Positions 62,188 through 64,000 of a stretch of 64,000 bases of DNA are shown in pieces; positions within the stretch are counted from its first letter, which is position 1; each line of letters opens with the position of its first letter. The notes under the pieces were generated by a model, which was not told where the DNA came from, made no database searches, and saw nothing but the letters and a program-made list of their open reading frames with translations. The DNA is taken from NCBI RefSeq assembly GCF_006345805.1, contig NC_043001.1:46004001-46068000 (forward strand), read 5' to 3'. This DNA comes from Octopus sinensis (taxonomy: Eukaryota). The position numbers were made by a program, and so were the translations under genes.

Positions 62188-62605
62188 TACTCTTTTACTC
62201 TTTTACTTGTTTCAGTCATCTGACCGCGGCCATGCTGGAGCATCACCTTTAATCGAGCAACTCGACCCCAAGACTTATTCTTTTGTAAGCCCAGTACTTA
62301 TTCTATCGGTCTCTTTTGCCGAACCGCTAAGTAACGGGGACATAAACACACCAGCATCGGTTGTCAAGCAATGCTAGGGGGACAAACACAGACACACAAA
62401 CACACACATACATACATATATATATATATATATACCTATATACGACGGGCTTCTTTCAGTTTCCGTCTACCAAATCCACTCACAAGGCTTTGGTCGGCCC
62501 GAAGCTATACTAGAAGACACTTGCCCAAGGAGCCACGCAGTGGGACTGAACCAGGAACCATGTGGTTGGTAAACAAGCTACTTACCACACAGCCACTCCT
62601 GCGCC
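62188..62605 (-). mobile_element. Composite SINE B/C, full length and young
   Basis: Head GGCGCAGGAGTGGCTGTGTGG; CTTGGGCAAGTGTC CORE-like motif; internal TA/TG microsatellite; (TAAAAGAG)n tail. Confidence 0.92.
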
Positions 62606-62772
62606 TATGTGTATATTATGGTTGCATGTATCTCTGTATGCATGTACCGCAGAGGTAAATAACACTTTGGTGTTTGGTGCAGGATTACTCACCTCATAGG
62701 CTGATAGTTGCTTCTTAGACTTGATTGAAAACAAACAGAAGATGGAAATCTATTGAAATAAAGCTGCACTAT

Positions 62773-62821
<49 letters not shown>

Positions 62822-63404
62822 TTCATTCCCCTTCTCACTACCTCTACCATTAACTCTATAGCCTTCATACAAAATAACACAATAGACTATCATTCACGTA
62901 CTGCCTACACAACTCTCCCCATTTCTGCTACTATAACTCCCCACTACCCTCTTTATTACCCTTCACTCTTGAAATTCATTTTTTACTCCCACTATTCCCT
63001 ATTTAAATGCTTCCCCAATTGCCCCTCTAATACTCTCCACGAACTCTCCACAAAATCATTCCATCTTTGAACTTCTTTCTATCAACATTTCAAATGCTAG
63101 ATCTTTTCTTTGAAGATGGAGGCAGGTCTAATCCAACGATGGAATCAATCTACAAACATTATTTTGGACCACCGAGACCCTAGAAACGAGATGAATTTGC
63201 AATACTTTTCTTCAACCCCTTTAATTCTCTATATCATTTGTACTATGTGTAAGTCAGAATTTTTGTATATAAACATATATACATTTTCTGTATTCCATGT
63301 TTTTAATATACTTTATATTTTGATCTAACTAGCTTATTCTGACATTTACCTCTCTCTCTTTCTCTCTCTCTCTCTTACTTGGAAAAGGATGCGATATATA
63401 TATA

Positions 63405-63448
<44 letters not shown>

Positions 63449-63694
63449 TCTCTTTCTCTCTATATGTGTGTGTGTGTGTGTGTGTATGTATGTGTGAGTG
63501 TGTGAGCGCGCGCGTGCATATGTATGCATGTGTGTGTTATAATATTGTTCCTACATGTGATTCACCATTATGGTTGTTTGGAGCCCTGCAATAAGTGTTT
63601 CATTCAAGTGCATTTAGATGCTCAACCACAACGGATCATTAGGGAACACTTTGATGCATTGAGTAACACACACATACACACACACATAGCTAGA

Positions 63695-63722
63695 TGGATG
63701 GATGGATAGATAGATAGATATG

Positions 63723-63768
<46 letters not shown>

Positions 63769-63770
63769 CA
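63695..63770. repeat. (GATG)n-(GATA)n microsatellite
   Basis: Directly visible. Confidence 0.94.
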
Positions 63771-63786
63771 CATGCAAATACACTCT

Positions 63787-64000
63787 GTGAAAAGTGAAAA
63801 AAATTTATGTATCTTGAAGCTGTATTCACAAGTGATGGAAGGCAGGAGGTTGAATTGGCTGTCAGACTTGCAGGGGATATCAAAATAACGCTCCATCTTC
63901 AGCATTCGGTCTTCAGAAAGGAGAGCTTGGCAAAAAAAGCCAAACTCGCTATCTTCAACCCGGTTTTTGCTCCTATCCCCCTCACCTATGATCATGAATG
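63787..64000 (+). mobile_element. RTE-clade (Expander-like) reverse transcriptase fragment, running off the window
   Basis: Plus frame YLEAVFTSDGRQEVELAVRLAG...KESLAKKAKLAIFNPVFAPIPLTYDHE resembles YLGV.FTSEG....EID.RIG...ELS.KAKL.IY.SI.VP.LTYGHE. Confidence 0.8.

Noticed and set aside
63100-63200. TTGAAGA...GAAAC within a PLE-UTR-like pyrimidine-rich stretch
   Set aside because: Stem II pairing is unconvincing and there is no GUH site.

Overview
This is AT-rich, microsatellite-dense eukaryotic DNA, probably intronic or intergenic. The SINE, MITE and microsatellite repertoire suggests a coleoid cephalopod, most likely Octopus (inference). I found no recognisable host protein-coding exon, rRNA, genuine tRNA gene or CRISPR array. 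Nearly all listed ORFs are microsatellite read-throughs or decayed transposon frames. DNA transposon content: mariner, Tc1, maT-like and Tigger remnants; six GG-terminated MITEs with 8-9 bp TSDs (Merlin-type), four carrying a telomeric TTAGGG/G4 cassette; CTAG-targeting hAT MITEs; and non-autonomous Helitrons. Retroelement content: LINE remnants (CR1-group, RTE, HERO-like, R4/Dong-like, a Tx1/L1-like ORF1), a Penelope-like ORF fragment and several tRNA-derived SINE families. The best candidate for an undescribed system is a small TSD-flanked, Penelope-pLTR-like unit, present as a 299-bp near-perfect hairpin at 21006-21304 and a solo copy at 55869-56014. It folds into a minimal type-I hammerhead topology with a reciprocal G3-C8 core swap (GUGAACA instead of CUGANGA) and a palindromic AAUAUU stem III. 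Two conventional but decayed Penelope-type minimal hammerheads lie at 26401-26500 and 29300-29347. A gag/ORF1-only retroposon at 14700-16375 ends in the same 3' tail as the dominant SINE. All structures were derived by eye; no database search or folding computation was run. Family names come from recalled motifs, and many boundaries are approximate.
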